A stretch of DNA of 64,000 nucleotides, taken from assembly GCA_030697645.1 (NCBI GenBank), contig JAUYPI010000006.1, forward strand, positions 12,017 through 76,016, given 5' to 3'. The notes below the pieces were generated by a model, which made no database searches, was not told the origin of the DNA, and saw only the letters and a program-made list of their open reading frames with translations. This document shows positions 1 through 10,314 of the stretch, piece by piece (the stretch's first letter is position 1; each line of letters begins with the position of its first letter). Origin of the DNA: a bacterium (lineage in GTDB: Bacteria; Patescibacteriota; Minisyncoccia; Phycocordibacterales; VMGT01). The position numbers and the translations under genes are program-made.

Positions 1-84
1 GGCAAAGAGGAGCCGGATCTCGCCGCTGAAATTTTAGCGTGGCTGCGATAGTTGCAAGCAATCGTTTTTTATTGCGCGCCGGGC

Positions 85-275
85 GGTAAGTGCTCAAAGG
101 GCGTCATTGCGAGCGCTTGGCCGAAGCGGCGAGCGAAGCGTGGCGGGAAGCAACCAAGACATACCGGCCACAAACCCTGGATTGCGGAGCCTGTCCAGAG
201 CATAGCGTGGGATCACTCCGCTCCGCTGCGTTCCTCGCAATGACTGCTCTGTTGCGTGTGTTATTGCAACGCCCT
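85..275. repeat. Family-3 palindromic element (GTCATTGCGAG ... CTCGCAATGAC arms around GGATTGC/CACTCCG core); second copy at 25735-25880
   Basis: Inverted repeat gtcattgcgagcg...cctcgcaatgac seen directly; interior ctggattgcggagcc...cactccgctccgc is shared with the 25.7-kb copy. Confidence 0.6.
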
Positions 276-290
276 TAAAAAAACTAGAAC

Positions 291-331
291 GCCCGGCATC
301 CATCGTGTTGATGCCGGGCGTGTCGTTGTAC
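291..331 (-). terminator. Rho-independent terminator for the minus-strand amidohydrolase gene
   Basis: Hairpin cgcccggcatc/gatgccgggcg; on the minus strand it is followed by ttctagttttttt. Confidence 0.6.
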
Positions 332-356
332 ACTGCGTTCATTTTTGAAATGTACT

Positions 357-1109
357 TCAGGTGAGTTTCAGAAGCCTCTGCGCATTTCCGCCGAGAATTT
401 TTTCCTTGTCGCTATCCGGGAGCCCGGACTCCTCGACGATCATTTTCTGAACGATTGGGCTATTGGCAGGAAAATCGGACCCGAAGACGACCTTCTCCGA
501 TCCGATGGCTCGTACGACACCTGCCAACCGGTTGGGTCCTGAACAGTATGACGTTTCGAGGTAGACGTTGTCGCATCGCGATGCAACAAACGGAGATGCT
601 GCCTCGGTCATGTGGCCAATAACGATGATCACATCGGGGTAGCGTTTGGCGGATAATTCCACAAACAGCGGATCTCCAAAGGCACCCCACCCGGTATGCC
701 AGAGGATGGGCAATGCAGAGGCACGGGCAATCTCGAAGATTGGTGCCATGCAGGTAGGTTCGGGGTAGTATCCATCAAACACGGGATGCACCTTGATTCC
801 GTAGACGCTGCGCTCGATGAGGGTTTCAGCAAGCGCCTGTTCTGATATGCCACGGGGATCATGCGAGGTGAGCATATGCGGATTAAGCCACACGAAAGGA
901 AATGTACGAGCGTGCGGTTGTGCCGTGATCGTTTCGTTTGCAGATACAAGATCCGCCGGATATACCTGTGGCATGGGGAGGAGGACGGAAGCGTCAATAC
1001 CAGCTCTTTCTTGGACGGCTACAATTTCCTCCAAGGTGATTTCTTTGGTTTGCCGGAAAGGCAATCCTTTGCGGGATGTGCCGAAGTGACAATGAAAATC
1101 GATTATCAC
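357..1109 (-). CDS. Amidohydrolase-family (TIM-barrel metal-dependent hydrolase) protein
   Basis: 250-aa ORF starting MIIDFHCHFG with the HxH metal-binding N-terminus typical of amidohydrolase_2/TatD-like enzymes; protein-like composition. Confidence 0.65.
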   Translation of the reverse strand: MIIDFHCHFGTSRKGLPFRQTKEITLEEIVAVQERAGIDASVLLPMPQVYPADLVSANETITAQPHARTFPFVWLNPHMLTSHDPRGISEQALAETLIERSVYGIKVHPVFDGYYPEPTCMAPIFEIARASALPILWHTGWGAFGDPLFVELSAKRYPDVIIVIGHMTEAASPFVASRCDNVYLETSYCSGPNRLAGVVRAIGSEKVVFGSDFPANSPIVQKMIVEESGLPDSDKEKILGGNAQRLLKLT

Positions 1110-1389
1110 GCGCCGCTCCTTTGGTTGGTTGTTGCAGGTCTTGCGAGAGAATAGCGTGCAGCGATGTCGTTGTCAATGAACGCCTTTGATTTCATAAAGG
1201 AAGTTTTATTTGCGACGAATTTCTATTAAACCTCTTGCATAACGCATGCGGAATGCCAAGGATGTTGGCTATTGAAGCGGGGAAATACCACGTTATGCAA
1301 GAAGTCTATTACATACAAACGACCGCCCTGGAAATCAATCCGGGGCGGTCAGTGCCAGCTGGTTATATTCTTGTCAGCTAGTACACGGC

Positions 1390-1737
1390 CTACACATGCT
1401 TCACAAAGAGCGTCGTTGTATCTACGCGAACGAAAGCGTGCCTCACGTTCGCTTGAACGCGGAAGACGGAACCTGTGCCGTATGGCAACGTGTCGTCTTC
1501 AAGGAAGAACAAACCACTGCCCTCGAGCACCATAACCACTACGGGGTAGCGGTGCGCCCCAGGGGTGTAGGAGCGTCCGACGGGTAACCCAGCTAAGACA
1601 TTGGCTCCATATTCTTGGGTACTGCCCAAATCAAGTATCGGCACATTGCCTTCGGGGTCAGAGATGGCGATGGAGAAGCGAATTCTCTCCATGCCGGGTA
1701 CTTGTTCGGTCAACGGTATTGGCATATGATCCTGCAT
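1390..1737 (-). CDS. Cupin-domain protein
   Basis: Small beta-barrel-like ORF; internal ATG preceded by gaggaaag RBS (start chosen at MQDHMPIP). Confidence 0.5.
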   Translation of the reverse strand: MQDHMPIPLTEQVPGMERIRFSIAISDPEGNVPILDLGSTQEYGANVLAGLPVGRSYTPGAHRYPVVVMVLEGSGLFFLEDDTLPYGTGSVFRVQANVRHAFVRVDTTTLFVKHV

Positions 1738-1854
1738 GGATCTTTCCTCATTGTTTTGTCGCAATAAAGCGAACACATTGAAACGAGATAACCCCCCCCG
1801 AATCCGTAGAGACTATAAACAAAAAGTAAGGTAGTGTCAATAATTTTATTACTC

Positions 1855-1990
1855 ACTCGTTGACAGCGGTTTTGTTTTTGTTTGGAGTGATAAAATTTTT
1901 TGGAATTTTTGTTTATCCACAGGTAGGAAGTTCGCCGCGAGCGTATACTCATAGTAGGATTATTATTTTTCGCTTCATTTTCTCATTTTT
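1855..1990 (+). promoter_or_regulatory. AT-rich leader/promoter region upstream of the ribonucleotide reductase gene (contains a perfect TTGACA)
   Basis: Sharp GC drop, TTGACA at ~1862 and TATACT at ~1945; no B12-box (GCCACTG) or clear NrdR box seen. Confidence 0.35.
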
Positions 1991-4291
1991 ATGGTGAAAG
2001 TTGCAGAAAAACCGGTGCAGGCGGCAAAAACCGCCGCAAAAATGGTCGATTTTGTCCACAAAGTGCAGAAGCGCGACGGCTCGATCGTGCCGTTCGACCT
2101 CATCCATATAACGAGCGCTATACATCGAGCGATGCTTGCGACCGGCGAGGGCTCCGAGCGCGAGGCGGAGCTTGTCGCAAACAAGGTTTATGCCGACCTC
2201 GTACGCATCGCGCGGCGCTACACGACCTTCATCCCCACGGTTGAGGGCATTCAGGACAGCGTTGAAAAAGAGCTGATCCTCAATGACTACATCCGCACGG
2301 CAAAGGCCTATATCCTGTACCGGCAGGAGCGCTCGCGCATCAGGGCCGCGAGCGGGGCGGTGCCGGAGCGCGTGCGCGAGCTTGTCACAGAGAGCAAGAA
2401 ATACTTCCGCAATCCGCTTGCCGAATTCGTCTACTACCGCACCTACGCGCGCTGGATAGACGAGGAAGGCCGCCGCGAGACGTGGGTTGAAACGGTGGAC
2501 CGCTATATGGCGTTCATGAAGGAGAGCCTCGGCATGAAGCTAAAGCAGATCGAGTACGACGAGGTGCGCGAGGCGATTATGAGGCAAGAAGCCATGCCCT
2601 CGATGCGGCTTTTGCAGTTTGCGGGGAAAGCGGTCCGCGTGACGAACGTCGCGGCCTATAACTGTTCTTTCATCGCGCCTTCAAAACTACAGGATTTTGC
2701 TGAGATCATGTACGTCTCGATGTGCGGCACCGGCGTCGGGTTTTCAGTCGAGAGCAAGAATATACAAAAATTGCCGCAAATCAAGCCGCAGAGCGGCAAG
2801 AAACATCCGACCTATATCATCCACGACAGCAAGGAGGGGTGGGCGGATGCGCTTACATTCGGGATGAAAGCGTGGTTTTCCGGCGAGGACGTTGTCTTCG
2901 ACTATTCGCACCTGCGGCCTGCTGGCGCGCGCCTCAAGACCATGGGCGGGAAGTCATCCGGCCCGCAGCCCCTGCGTGAGCTCCTTGACTTCGCGCGGCA
3001 GAAGATCCTCCGCAAACAGGGCCGGCGGCTCTCGAACCTCGATGCCCATGACGTCATCTGCAAGATCGGTACCTGTGTCGTCGCAGGTGGGGTGCGCCGG
3101 AGCGCGATGATCTCACTCTCGGATTTTGATGACGAGGAGATGCGCGACGCCAAGAAAGGGCAATTTTACCTTACGGAGCCGCAGCGCTCGGTCGCGAACA
3201 ATTCCGCGGTCTACGAGCGTCGGCCCACGACCGAGGAATTTCTCGACGAGTGGGTCGCGCTCCTGAAGAGCAACTCAGGCGAGCGCGGCATCTTCAACCG
3301 CGGAGGACTTCTCAAAACTCTCCCCGAGCGGCGGGTTAAGTTACTGAAGGGCGTGCCTGATAATATGGGCACAAATCCGTGCGGAGAAATATTATTACAA
3401 AACAAAATGTTCTGTAACTTATCTGAAGTCGTGTGCAGGCCGTCTGACACGGAAGAGACGCTGCTCCGGAAAGTCAGAATTGCCGCGTTGCTCGGCACCT
3501 ATCAGGCGACGCTCACGAACCTACCGTATATCTCGAAAGAATGGCAACGGCACTGCGAGCAAGAGCGGTTGCTCGGGGTTTCCCTCACGGGCCAATGGGA
3601 CTCTCCGGTCGTGCGGAACGCCGAGACCCTCCGCAAGCTTCGCAGAGAGGCTGTGCGCGTCAATCAGCAGTATGCAAAGCGCTTCGGCACGAGCGCCTCG
3701 AGCTGTGTCACCTGCGTGAAGCCCTCCGGCACGCTCTCGCAGACCGTGGACGCCTCCTCCGGGATGCATCCGAGGTTCGCGCCCTACTATATCCGCCGCG
3801 TGAGGATCTCGGCGACCGACTCGCTCTTCCGCATGCTTCGTGATCAGGGCGTGCCCTACCACCCTGAGGTGGGGCAGGGCAAGGACGATGCGACGACATA
3901 TGTGATTGAATTTCCGGTGAAAGCCCCGAACGGTGCGGTTTTTAAGGATGATCTTACCGCGCTCGAACAGCTCGAGCACTGGAAGCTCGTCAAGGTGAAC
4001 TATACGGAACATAACCCCTCCTGCACAATCTATATCGGCGAGGATGAATGGGTTGCCGTGGCAAACTGGCTTTACGAAAACTGGGACATCATTGGCGGCC
4101 TCTCGTTTCTCCCGCGACAGAATCATGTCTACCAGCTCGCTCCCTACGAGGAGATAACGAAGGAGACATTTGAGGAGCTCGCGCGCCGGTGGGAGAACGT
4201 GGACTTCGCTAAAATCGTCACCTATGAAAAGCAAGACGAGACCGAGCAGCAAAAAGAGCTCGCCTGCGCCGGCGGGGTGTGTGAGATTTGA
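1991..4291 (+). CDS. nrdJ: Ribonucleotide reductase, class II (adenosylcobalamin-dependent) with N-terminal ATP-cone
   Basis: 766 aa; ATP-cone-like N-terminus (VHKVQKRDGSIVPFDLIHI), active-site NPCGEI motif, C-terminal CAGGVCEI cysteine pair; alternative start at 2042. Confidence 0.8.
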   Translation: MVKVAEKPVQAAKTAAKMVDFVHKVQKRDGSIVPFDLIHITSAIHRAMLATGEGSEREAELVANKVYADLVRIARRYTTFIPTVEGIQDSVEKELILNDYIRTAKAYILYRQERSRIRAASGAVPERVRELVTESKKYFRNPLAEFVYYRTYARWIDEEGRRETWVETVDRYMAFMKESLGMKLKQIEYDEVREAIMRQEAMPSMRLLQFAGKAVRVTNVAAYNCSFIAPSKLQDFAEIMYVSMCGTGVGFSVESKNIQKLPQIKPQSGKKHPTYIIHDSKEGWADALTFGMKAWFSGEDVVFDYSHLRPAGARLKTMGGKSSGPQPLRELLDFARQKILRKQGRRLSNLDAHDVICKIGTCVVAGGVRRSAMISLSDFDDEEMRDAKKGQFYLTEPQRSVANNSAVYERRPTTEEFLDEWVALLKSNSGERGIFNRGGLLKTLPERRVKLLKGVPDNMGTNPCGEILLQNKMFCNLSEVVCRPSDTEETLLRKVRIAALLGTYQATLTNLPYISKEWQRHCEQERLLGVSLTGQWDSPVVRNAETLRKLRREAVRVNQQYAKRFGTSASSCVTCVKPSGTLSQTVDASSGMHPRFAPYYIRRVRISATDSLFRMLRDQGVPYHPEVGQGKDDATTYVIEFPVKAPNGAVFKDDLTALEQLEHWKLVKVNYTEHNPSCTIYIGEDEWVAVANWLYENWDIIGGLSFLPRQNHVYQLAPYEEITKETFEELARRWENVDFAKIVTYEKQDETEQQKELACAGGVCEI

Positions 4292-4317
4292 GGGAAAAAA
4301 TCATGCAACAGGAAAGC

Positions 4318-4355
4318 CCAGCACCTCACAAGGCTGCTGGGCTTTTGATGATTTG
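4318..4355. terminator. Bidirectional terminator hairpin between convergent nrdJ and RNase genes
   Basis: agcccagcacc...ggtgctgggct stem followed by tttgatgattt. Confidence 0.55.
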
Positions 4356-4364
4356 AGCCGCTCT

Positions 4365-6108
4365 TTATTTTTCCGCTCTTTCTGCTTCGAAAATGAGCCT
4401 CGTGAGAAGCGTGTTTGCGGCGCGTGAGCGCGCCTCGGCGTCCTCTGCAGCATAGGCGACCCCGACGACGCCGATTTTTCGATGCGGCGCGCTTGTTCGC
4501 GCGATGCACCTCGAAGGTCGGCTACCTTCCGTACACTGCGAGACGCTGTAGCGCGGCGCACGCAGACCGCACGCCGAACAGTATCTCCCGAGGTTCTCCT
4601 CCGCCGCGCTATCGGGAAGTTTCGAGACTATGCCGAGGAGCGAGAAGACGGCCTCGTCCATCGCGAGCTCCTTGTCGGGGAGCCATTCGCTCACCGCTGC
4701 GAAGTTCTCACCCGGAAGCTCAATCCGCGCAACACCCATAAATCTGCCCTGGGCGTCCTCCTTTGTTTCAATAATGGGAAGCGGCCAGCGAAGTTCCACA
4801 TGCGCACGCTCAAAGACCGAGCGCACAGAACGGGAACGTTCGGCGAGTGATCGGAGCACATCGCGTTTTGCGGAGCGCCAGAGTATGCCCCCACAGCGCG
4901 CGAAAATGAGTACACAATATGCCATTTCGCTGTCGTTCCCCGAGCGAGTGCGGAGGTACAGGTTCCATTTAAGGATATCGTCGAGCCACGGTTCTTCTCG
5001 AGCCCTGAAACGCAGCTCACGTATAAAGACCGCTCTGCTCCGGCGTGCGGTTTTATAGTCGGCTCTGTAGTACTCTTTTTGATACTGCTCGATGTTCAAC
5101 TCACGTTTGATCACATTAATGTGGGACGCGATCGACGTGAGGACGCGGTTGGTACGGACGTGCTGCTCGCCACGCAATTCGGCCTGAATTGCCTGGTGTA
5201 CCAGAAGGTCCGGATATCGGTGGAGCGGGGAGCTCCAGTGGGTGTGCAGCATATTGAGGGCGCCATGGCCCTCAGGTAGGGGCCCATAGTAGGCCTTGTG
5301 GTAGAGCATTCGTACGCGCATATGAAGACTCTTGAACTCGGGGGGTGGCATGTCTCCGGCATACGCGCGATCGATATCCCTGAGAAGCCGCTCGCGTTGC
5401 TTTTCCCTAATCTTCGTGGTGTGATTCCGATAGAGTATCGGAACGCCCCGCTCGAGGCACCAGAGCGCAAGCGCATTGCTCGCGAGCAAAATGAACTCCT
5501 CAACGATTCGATTTGAAGATAGGGCGCGCGTGTGTAGAAGCCACTTCGTGTATGCCTTCTCGGTGGAGTCTTCACAACCGTCATCTAATCTGTCGAGAAT
5601 GAGTGCGCCGCTGCTGCGGCGGCGAGAACGGAGTCGTTCCGTCAGGTCTCTCATGAGGCGTAACTCGTGAGCAAGGGGATGGATGCACCCCGCGCCTATA
5701 CGATCGGCGTCTTCGAATGAAAGGTTACCGACGTTTTTGAGAAGCGATGGTACCACACGAGTCTCTTTGATGTCGAGGGCGTGTCCAAGCGTCACGATGA
5801 CCGTAATCGCCCGCTGTTCTCGTCTGCCGAGTATCGCACTTCTGATCACTCCCTCGGGTAGCATAAGTTCGGTACCGGCGCCCTTATAGTGCGTAAAGCC
5901 CCTCTGGTACGCCCGCTGGTCAATCCCGGAAAATGGTACCACAAGCGCGGCAACGTCAGCGATGCTCACGGAGACCCGGTAGACGCCGTCGGTCTCTTCT
6001 GCCCATATCGCGTCGTCACGCATTGTTGTACCTCTCTGGTCGATGCAAACTCCTTGTACCGCTTCTCTTTCTGTTGGACTCTCTTGCTCTTGTAACGTAT
6101 ATATTCCT
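4365..6108 (-). CDS. RNB-domain 3'-5' exoribonuclease (RNase II/R family); start uncertain
   Basis: RNB motifs CIDQRGTTMRDDAIW and HWSSPLHRYPDLLVHQ, S1-like C-terminus. The longest ORF (to 6455) would overlap the divergent gene at 6264. Candidate GTG start ~6108 with gaaagggg RBS, or ATG at 6023. Confidence 0.75.
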
Positions 6109-6263
6109 CGCACATGGATACCCCTTTCTTGATTGGGTTTTCTATAATCACAAAGGTCGGCCCCTAAACAATGTCTGAACAGTGTACTGAGCTCTGATTT
6201 CAGAGTACCACAAAAAAAGTTTTTGAGGAAGGCCCTCGGAGCATTGGAATTCCACAGGCTACT

Positions 6264-7520
6264 TTGTATACTAAAAGCACGATGCCGTTTTTTAGCGCCA
6301 CTCACAGAGCCGCGAAGCACCGGCAGGTGCCCGTTGCGCTTTTTGATATCGGAAGCGGGAGCGTGCACAGCGCGCTTGCGTACTTGAGCCGCGGGGAAAA
6401 TGCCGAGGCGCGGCTCGTCTATGGCGCAGGCGAAGACTTTATGTTCCATGAACACGTGCAGGCTGCACGCCTCGACCGAGCGATGTTAGCGGCGCTTGAA
6501 AAAGTTGCCGCCGAGCTCTCACGGGCAGCGCACGAGCGGGGTGAGAGCATTCGGCACGCAATGCTCACGTTTTCCGCACCATGGTATATTGCGGAGACAA
6601 AAATTTTATATTACAAACATGATACGCCGATCGAGATCACGGCTGCGACCATTGACGCCTTGATCGAGGAGGCGTGGCGGCGCTTCGGCACGACTCCCTC
6701 GACAATCCCACACGCTCGCGGCGAGCGGGAAGCAGGAGATGAAAGCACTCTGATCGAGCAATCTATCGCCCGCGTTGCACTCAATGGCTACCCCACCCGC
6801 TCACCGGTTGGGAAGGTCGCGTGCACGCTCGAGATTGCGCTCTACTTAAGCAGGATATCCCGGAGCACCCTTGAGGCAATAGATGCCGTCCTTGCCCGCA
6901 CGATGCCGGGCGCCTCTGCAGTGCCCCACTCTGAAGCACTCGTGCTCTCTTCGGTGCTCCGCGGCCTCTTTCCGGCGCACGAAGATTTTTTGCTCTGCCA
7001 CGTCGGCGCAGAGATGACCGAACTTGCCCTGGTGATCGAGGGGGTGCTACTTGAGACCGTATCATTCCCCTACGGATCGCATACACTCGTGCGGGAGCTC
7101 TCAAGCGCCACGAAGAGCGTCCCTGCGGCGACACTCTCGCTGCTCTCGCTCGACCCAAAAGATATGGATGAGAAAACGACACGTCGTACAAGCGAGGCTA
7201 TCCGCACGCTCGGCGAGCGCTGGTTCGCCGAGCTTTCTCGCTCGCTCGCTTCCTTGACAGACACGCACGGCCTCATGCCAACCTGGTGTATGGTGCTTGC
7301 TGAAAATATGGCAATGACGGAGCGATTTCGGCAGTTTATTCTCGGTGAGGGATCTGCGTCAGCGTTTCTTGGTGGGGGTATACTGCACCCCACGATGATC
7401 CCGGAACAGGCACTTGCGACCAAGCTCACCTGCGAGGTAAGCGCCGCGCCCTGCATGCGCGACATATCCCTTGCCTGTGAGGCAATTTTTGCGCAATCCA
7501 CGCTGTTATCCACAAGGTAG
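6264..7520 (+). CDS. Hypothetical protein, possible actin-like (ASKHA-fold, FtsA/PilM/Ppx-like) ATPase
   Basis: 418 aa; N-terminal VALFDIGSGSVH resembles the ASKHA phosphate-1 motif; TATACT 7 nt upstream of ATG. Confidence 0.4.
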   Translation: MYTKSTMPFFSATHRAAKHRQVPVALFDIGSGSVHSALAYLSRGENAEARLVYGAGEDFMFHEHVQAARLDRAMLAALEKVAAELSRAAHERGESIRHAMLTFSAPWYIAETKILYYKHDTPIEITAATIDALIEEAWRRFGTTPSTIPHARGEREAGDESTLIEQSIARVALNGYPTRSPVGKVACTLEIALYLSRISRSTLEAIDAVLARTMPGASAVPHSEALVLSSVLRGLFPAHEDFLLCHVGAEMTELALVIEGVLLETVSFPYGSHTLVRELSSATKSVPAATLSLLSLDPKDMDEKTTRRTSEAIRTLGERWFAELSRSLASLTDTHGLMPTWCMVLAENMAMTERFRQFILGEGSASAFLGGGILHPTMIPEQALATKLTCEVSAAPCMRDISLACEAIFAQSTLLSTR

Positions 7521-7582
7521 CGTTGTTAAGGTATGTATGCTATAGTCCACTTACCTTAATAACGTCGAATATGCTTAACGTT

Positions 7583-7680
7583 TAATTTTCAAGTCTCAAT
7601 TTCCAATTTTCAATCAATTTTCAATTACTCAATTTTCAAACACGACGTCGTTCGTTATTGAAAATTAGAAATTGAAAATT
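7583..7680. repeat. Family-1 palindromic A-tract element (tandem AATTTTCAAT units flanking an ACGACGTCG core)
   Basis: caattttcaatcaattttcaat...caaacacgacgtcg...ttgaaaattagaaattgaaaatt. Confidence 0.85.
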
Positions 7681-7689
7681 GCACACGCT

Positions 7690-9015
7690 ATGCCTCCTAA
7701 TCCCGTAAACGACGTCACTCCGCCGCGGCGATCTATTCGATCGCTGGTGTTGCCGCACTCAGCAGGGGATCAGAGCGAACCCGCCGCAGGTCGTGGTTCA
7801 GGAGCCGCAGATAACGGAAGCATTGGAGGTAGAGGCCGCGGCACGCGCTACGGTAAGCGGCTGTGGGCCGTGGCTATATTCTCCATAGCGCTTCTCTACG
7901 TTGTTTTCTCGGTCTTTTTCGCCGGGGCGCAGGTGATTATTGAAACGCGTGAATATACCGGCTCGGTAGATGGCACATTCGCCGCATCTGCCGAGGGTAT
8001 GACGGCGCCGCTTACCTACCGGCTGGTCTCAATAGAAAAAGAAGCGACTCGCGGACTGCCAGCGACCGGCGAGGAGTTTGTTGAGCGCAAATCGTCGGGA
8101 ACCATAGTTATCTATAATAACTATGACGAGAAGCCGCAGCGCCTGATCAAGAATACCCGTTTTGAGACGCCGGACGGCTTGATCTACCGGATTGCAAAGT
8201 CTCTAGACGTTCCGGGGAGGAGAAAGGCGGATAATTCACTCGCCAACCGTTTTGATATGGGCAGCATCGAGGCGGTTGTCTTTGCGGATGCCGTAGGCGA
8301 GCGGTACAACATCCCCCAAGGCACGCGATTCACAATCCCGGGCCTTAAGGGCGACCCGCGCTTCGGAGGGTTCTATGCGGAGACGAAGACTCCTATTGAG
8401 GGTGGCTTTGCTGGTGTGGTGAAGACTGTATCAAGCGCGGCAGAGGATGAGGCGCGCCGCTCTCTCAAAGCCGAACTCGAAAGCGCCCTCAAGGCAGAGA
8501 TTACGGGGAGTATTCCGGAGCGCGCGCTTTGGTATGAGGACGGCGCGATTATCCGCTCGCTCTCGCTCGCCAACCGCTGGGAAGGCGACAAAGTGATCGT
8601 CGGCGAGAAGGCGGGAATCCATGCCATGGTGTTCGATCAGGTTGCTTTCTCAAAGCATCTTGCGCGCGCAACTGTTGCCGGTTTCGATGAGGGCGACGTG
8701 GTGATAGAGAATTTTGACGAGCTCGCCGTTACCTTTCTCGAGAAAGAGGCGTTTGATCCCGCGGTAAAGGGCGAGGTGCGTTTCTCGGTTCGCGGCACCC
8801 CGCATTTCAGGTGGGTGTTCGATGAGGCGCGCCTGCGCGCCGACCTTGCCGGAAAATCAAAACGAGCGATTAACACGATCCTTGCGGGTTACCCGGCGAT
8901 AGCCAAGGCTGAAGTTATTCTCCGTCCCTTCTGGGACAGCACGTTCCCAAAAAAGCCGGAGAGTATCGTGCTCATCTTGAAAGGACAGAATTCTGAAGGA
9001 GCGCCAGCTCAATAG
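7690..9015 (+). CDS. Hypothetical membrane-anchored protein
   Basis: ATG at 7690 just after the repeat (the TTG at 7672 lies inside the repeat); one TM helix (WAVAIFSIALLYVVFSVFFAG). Confidence 0.6.
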   Translation: MPPNPVNDVTPPRRSIRSLVLPHSAGDQSEPAAGRGSGAADNGSIGGRGRGTRYGKRLWAVAIFSIALLYVVFSVFFAGAQVIIETREYTGSVDGTFAASAEGMTAPLTYRLVSIEKEATRGLPATGEEFVERKSSGTIVIYNNYDEKPQRLIKNTRFETPDGLIYRIAKSLDVPGRRKADNSLANRFDMGSIEAVVFADAVGERYNIPQGTRFTIPGLKGDPRFGGFYAETKTPIEGGFAGVVKTVSSAAEDEARRSLKAELESALKAEITGSIPERALWYEDGAIIRSLSLANRWEGDKVIVGEKAGIHAMVFDQVAFSKHLARATVAGFDEGDVVIENFDELAVTFLEKEAFDPAVKGEVRFSVRGTPHFRWVFDEARLRADLAGKSKRAINTILAGYPAIAKAEVILRPFWDSTFPKKPESIVLILKGQNSEGAPAQ

Positions 9016-9069
9016 GTAGACAGGCGGCCACACCCGTGCTTCTTTCTCGCGCGGAACGTGGGGTAGATG

Positions 9070-9101
9070 GTTGCATGCGGTGCATAATGTTGCTATAGTT
9101 T
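9070..9101 (+). promoter_or_regulatory. Candidate sigma70 extended -10 promoter upstream of infA
   Basis: TTGCAT - 17 nt - TGcTATAGT. Confidence 0.4.
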
Positions 9102-9207
9102 ATCCGGCTCGCTTTCACTGTTGCAACCGCATCGTCACTGAAAGGTTATTGAGTCAACATTCTCTCTAATAAAGAGCAGATTTTCAAAAGTGAAAGTGGG
9201 GTTGGAC

Positions 9208-9426
9208 ATGCAGCGATCAGATTCGAGACATGAGGAAAAATTCGGCGTCGTCGAGGAGGCGCTGCCGGACGCAATTTTTCGCGTCTCGCTTGAGGGGGGC
9301 GGGGAATTGAAAGCTTACCTCGCGGGGAAAATGCGCTTGCACCACATACGGGTGCTTGTTGGCGACCGCGTCATTGTTCGAATTGATCCGTATGGAGGGA
9401 AAGGAAGGATAATCAAACGGCTATAA
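9208..9426 (+). CDS. infA: Translation initiation factor IF-1
   Basis: EKFGVVEEALPDAIFRVSLEGG...GKMRLHHIRVLVGDRVIV matches IF-1 S1-fold sequence. Confidence 0.9.
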   Translation: MQRSDSRHEEKFGVVEEALPDAIFRVSLEGGGELKAYLAGKMRLHHIRVLVGDRVIVRIDPYGGKGRIIKRL

Positions 9427-9429
9427 TAC

Positions 9430-9500
9430 CAAGTATATCAATCGCCAAAAAATTGGAATTTGGAAATTTGGTGTCTGGTGATTGTATTTTGGTTATTTGA
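9430..9500. repeat. Short variant A-tract repeat (aattggaatttggaaatttgg)
   Basis: Tandem 10-nt AT-rich units between infA and rpmJ. Confidence 0.5.
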
Positions 9501-9511
9501 GAACCAAAGCT

Positions 9512-9625
9512 ATGCGTGTTCGCTCAACCATTAAAAAGCGCTGCCGCACGTGCCAGATGATACGACGAAAAGGTCGTATGTATATCGTGTGTACCAATCC
9601 GCGGCACAAACAGAGGCAAGGATAG
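9512..9625 (+). CDS. rpmJ: Ribosomal protein L36
   Basis: [37 protein letters not shown] (CxxC...C...H zinc ribbon); too short for the ORF track. Confidence 0.9.
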   Translation: MRVRSTIKKRCRTCQMIRRKGRMYIVCTNPRHKQRQG

Positions 9626-9635
9626 GGTCTTTTTA

Positions 9636-9770
9636 TTTAATTTTCAATGCTCAATTTTCAATCAATTTTCAATGACCCAATTTTCAAACACGACGTCGTA
9701 CCGGCGCCGTCATTAAGTCATTGAAACATTGAAAATTTATTGGAAATTGCAAAATTGAAAATTGAAAATT
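9636..9770. repeat. Family-1 palindromic A-tract element
   Basis: Same architecture; central caaacacgacgtcgtaccggcgccgtcattaagtcattgaaac. Confidence 0.85.
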
Positions 9771-9777
9771 TCGTTCT

Positions 9778-10158
9778 ATGCGTTTATTCGGCATTACCAT
9801 TCCAGAGAAGAAGCGGCTCGATATCGGCCTCACGGCGATCTATGGGGTCGGACGTCCGCGCGCCGGAGCGGTTCTCCGGGAGGCAAAGGTAAACCCGGCG
9901 AAGCGACCGGCTGAGGTTAGTGCGGAAGACGAGGCGCGCATTCGGGCAGCACTCGAGAGCATCAAGCTCGAGGGCGAGCTGCGGCGGGATATAAGCGCAA
10001 ACATCAAGCGCCTCCGCGAGAGCAAATCGTACCGCGGCGTGCGCCATGTGCGGCACCTGCCGGCACGAGGTCAGCGCACGAAAACAAATTCACGCACCGT
10101 CCGCGGTAATGTGCGTAAGACCATGGGATCGGGGAGAAAAAAGGTGGAGAAGAAGTAG
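9778..10158 (+). CDS. rpsM: Ribosomal protein S13
   Basis: MRLFGITIPEKKRLDIGLTAIYGVGRPRA... typical S13. Confidence 0.92.
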   Translation: MRLFGITIPEKKRLDIGLTAIYGVGRPRAGAVLREAKVNPAKRPAEVSAEDEARIRAALESIKLEGELRRDISANIKRLRESKSYRGVRHVRHLPARGQRTKTNSRTVRGNVRKTMGSGRKKVEKK

Positions 10159-10171
10159 ATCGCTTCATTGT

Positions 10172-10307
10172 TTAATTTTCAATTATCAATTATCAATTTT
10201 CAATCAATTTCCAATGAACCAATTTTCAAACACGACGTCGCCGCCACTCAGTCATTCATTGAAACATTGAAAATTTAATGAAAATTGAAAATTGTAAATT
10301 GAAAATT
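10172..10307. repeat. Family-1 palindromic A-tract element
   Basis: aattttcaattatcaattatcaattttcaatcaatttccaat...caaacacgacgtcgccgccactcagtcattc... Confidence 0.85.
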
Positions 10308-10314
10308 TCGTGCT

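Noticed and set aside
1780-1990. Cobalamin riboswitch or NrdR boxes upstream of nrdJ
   Set aside because: No B12-box (GCCACTG) and no 16-bp NrdR palindrome pair found; only an AT-rich leader with promoter-like hexamers
4365-6455. RNase gene starting at 6455
   Set aside because: That start would overlap the divergent 6264-7520 gene by ~190 bp and adds ~115 aa with non-protein-like composition before the RNB domain; an internal start is preferred
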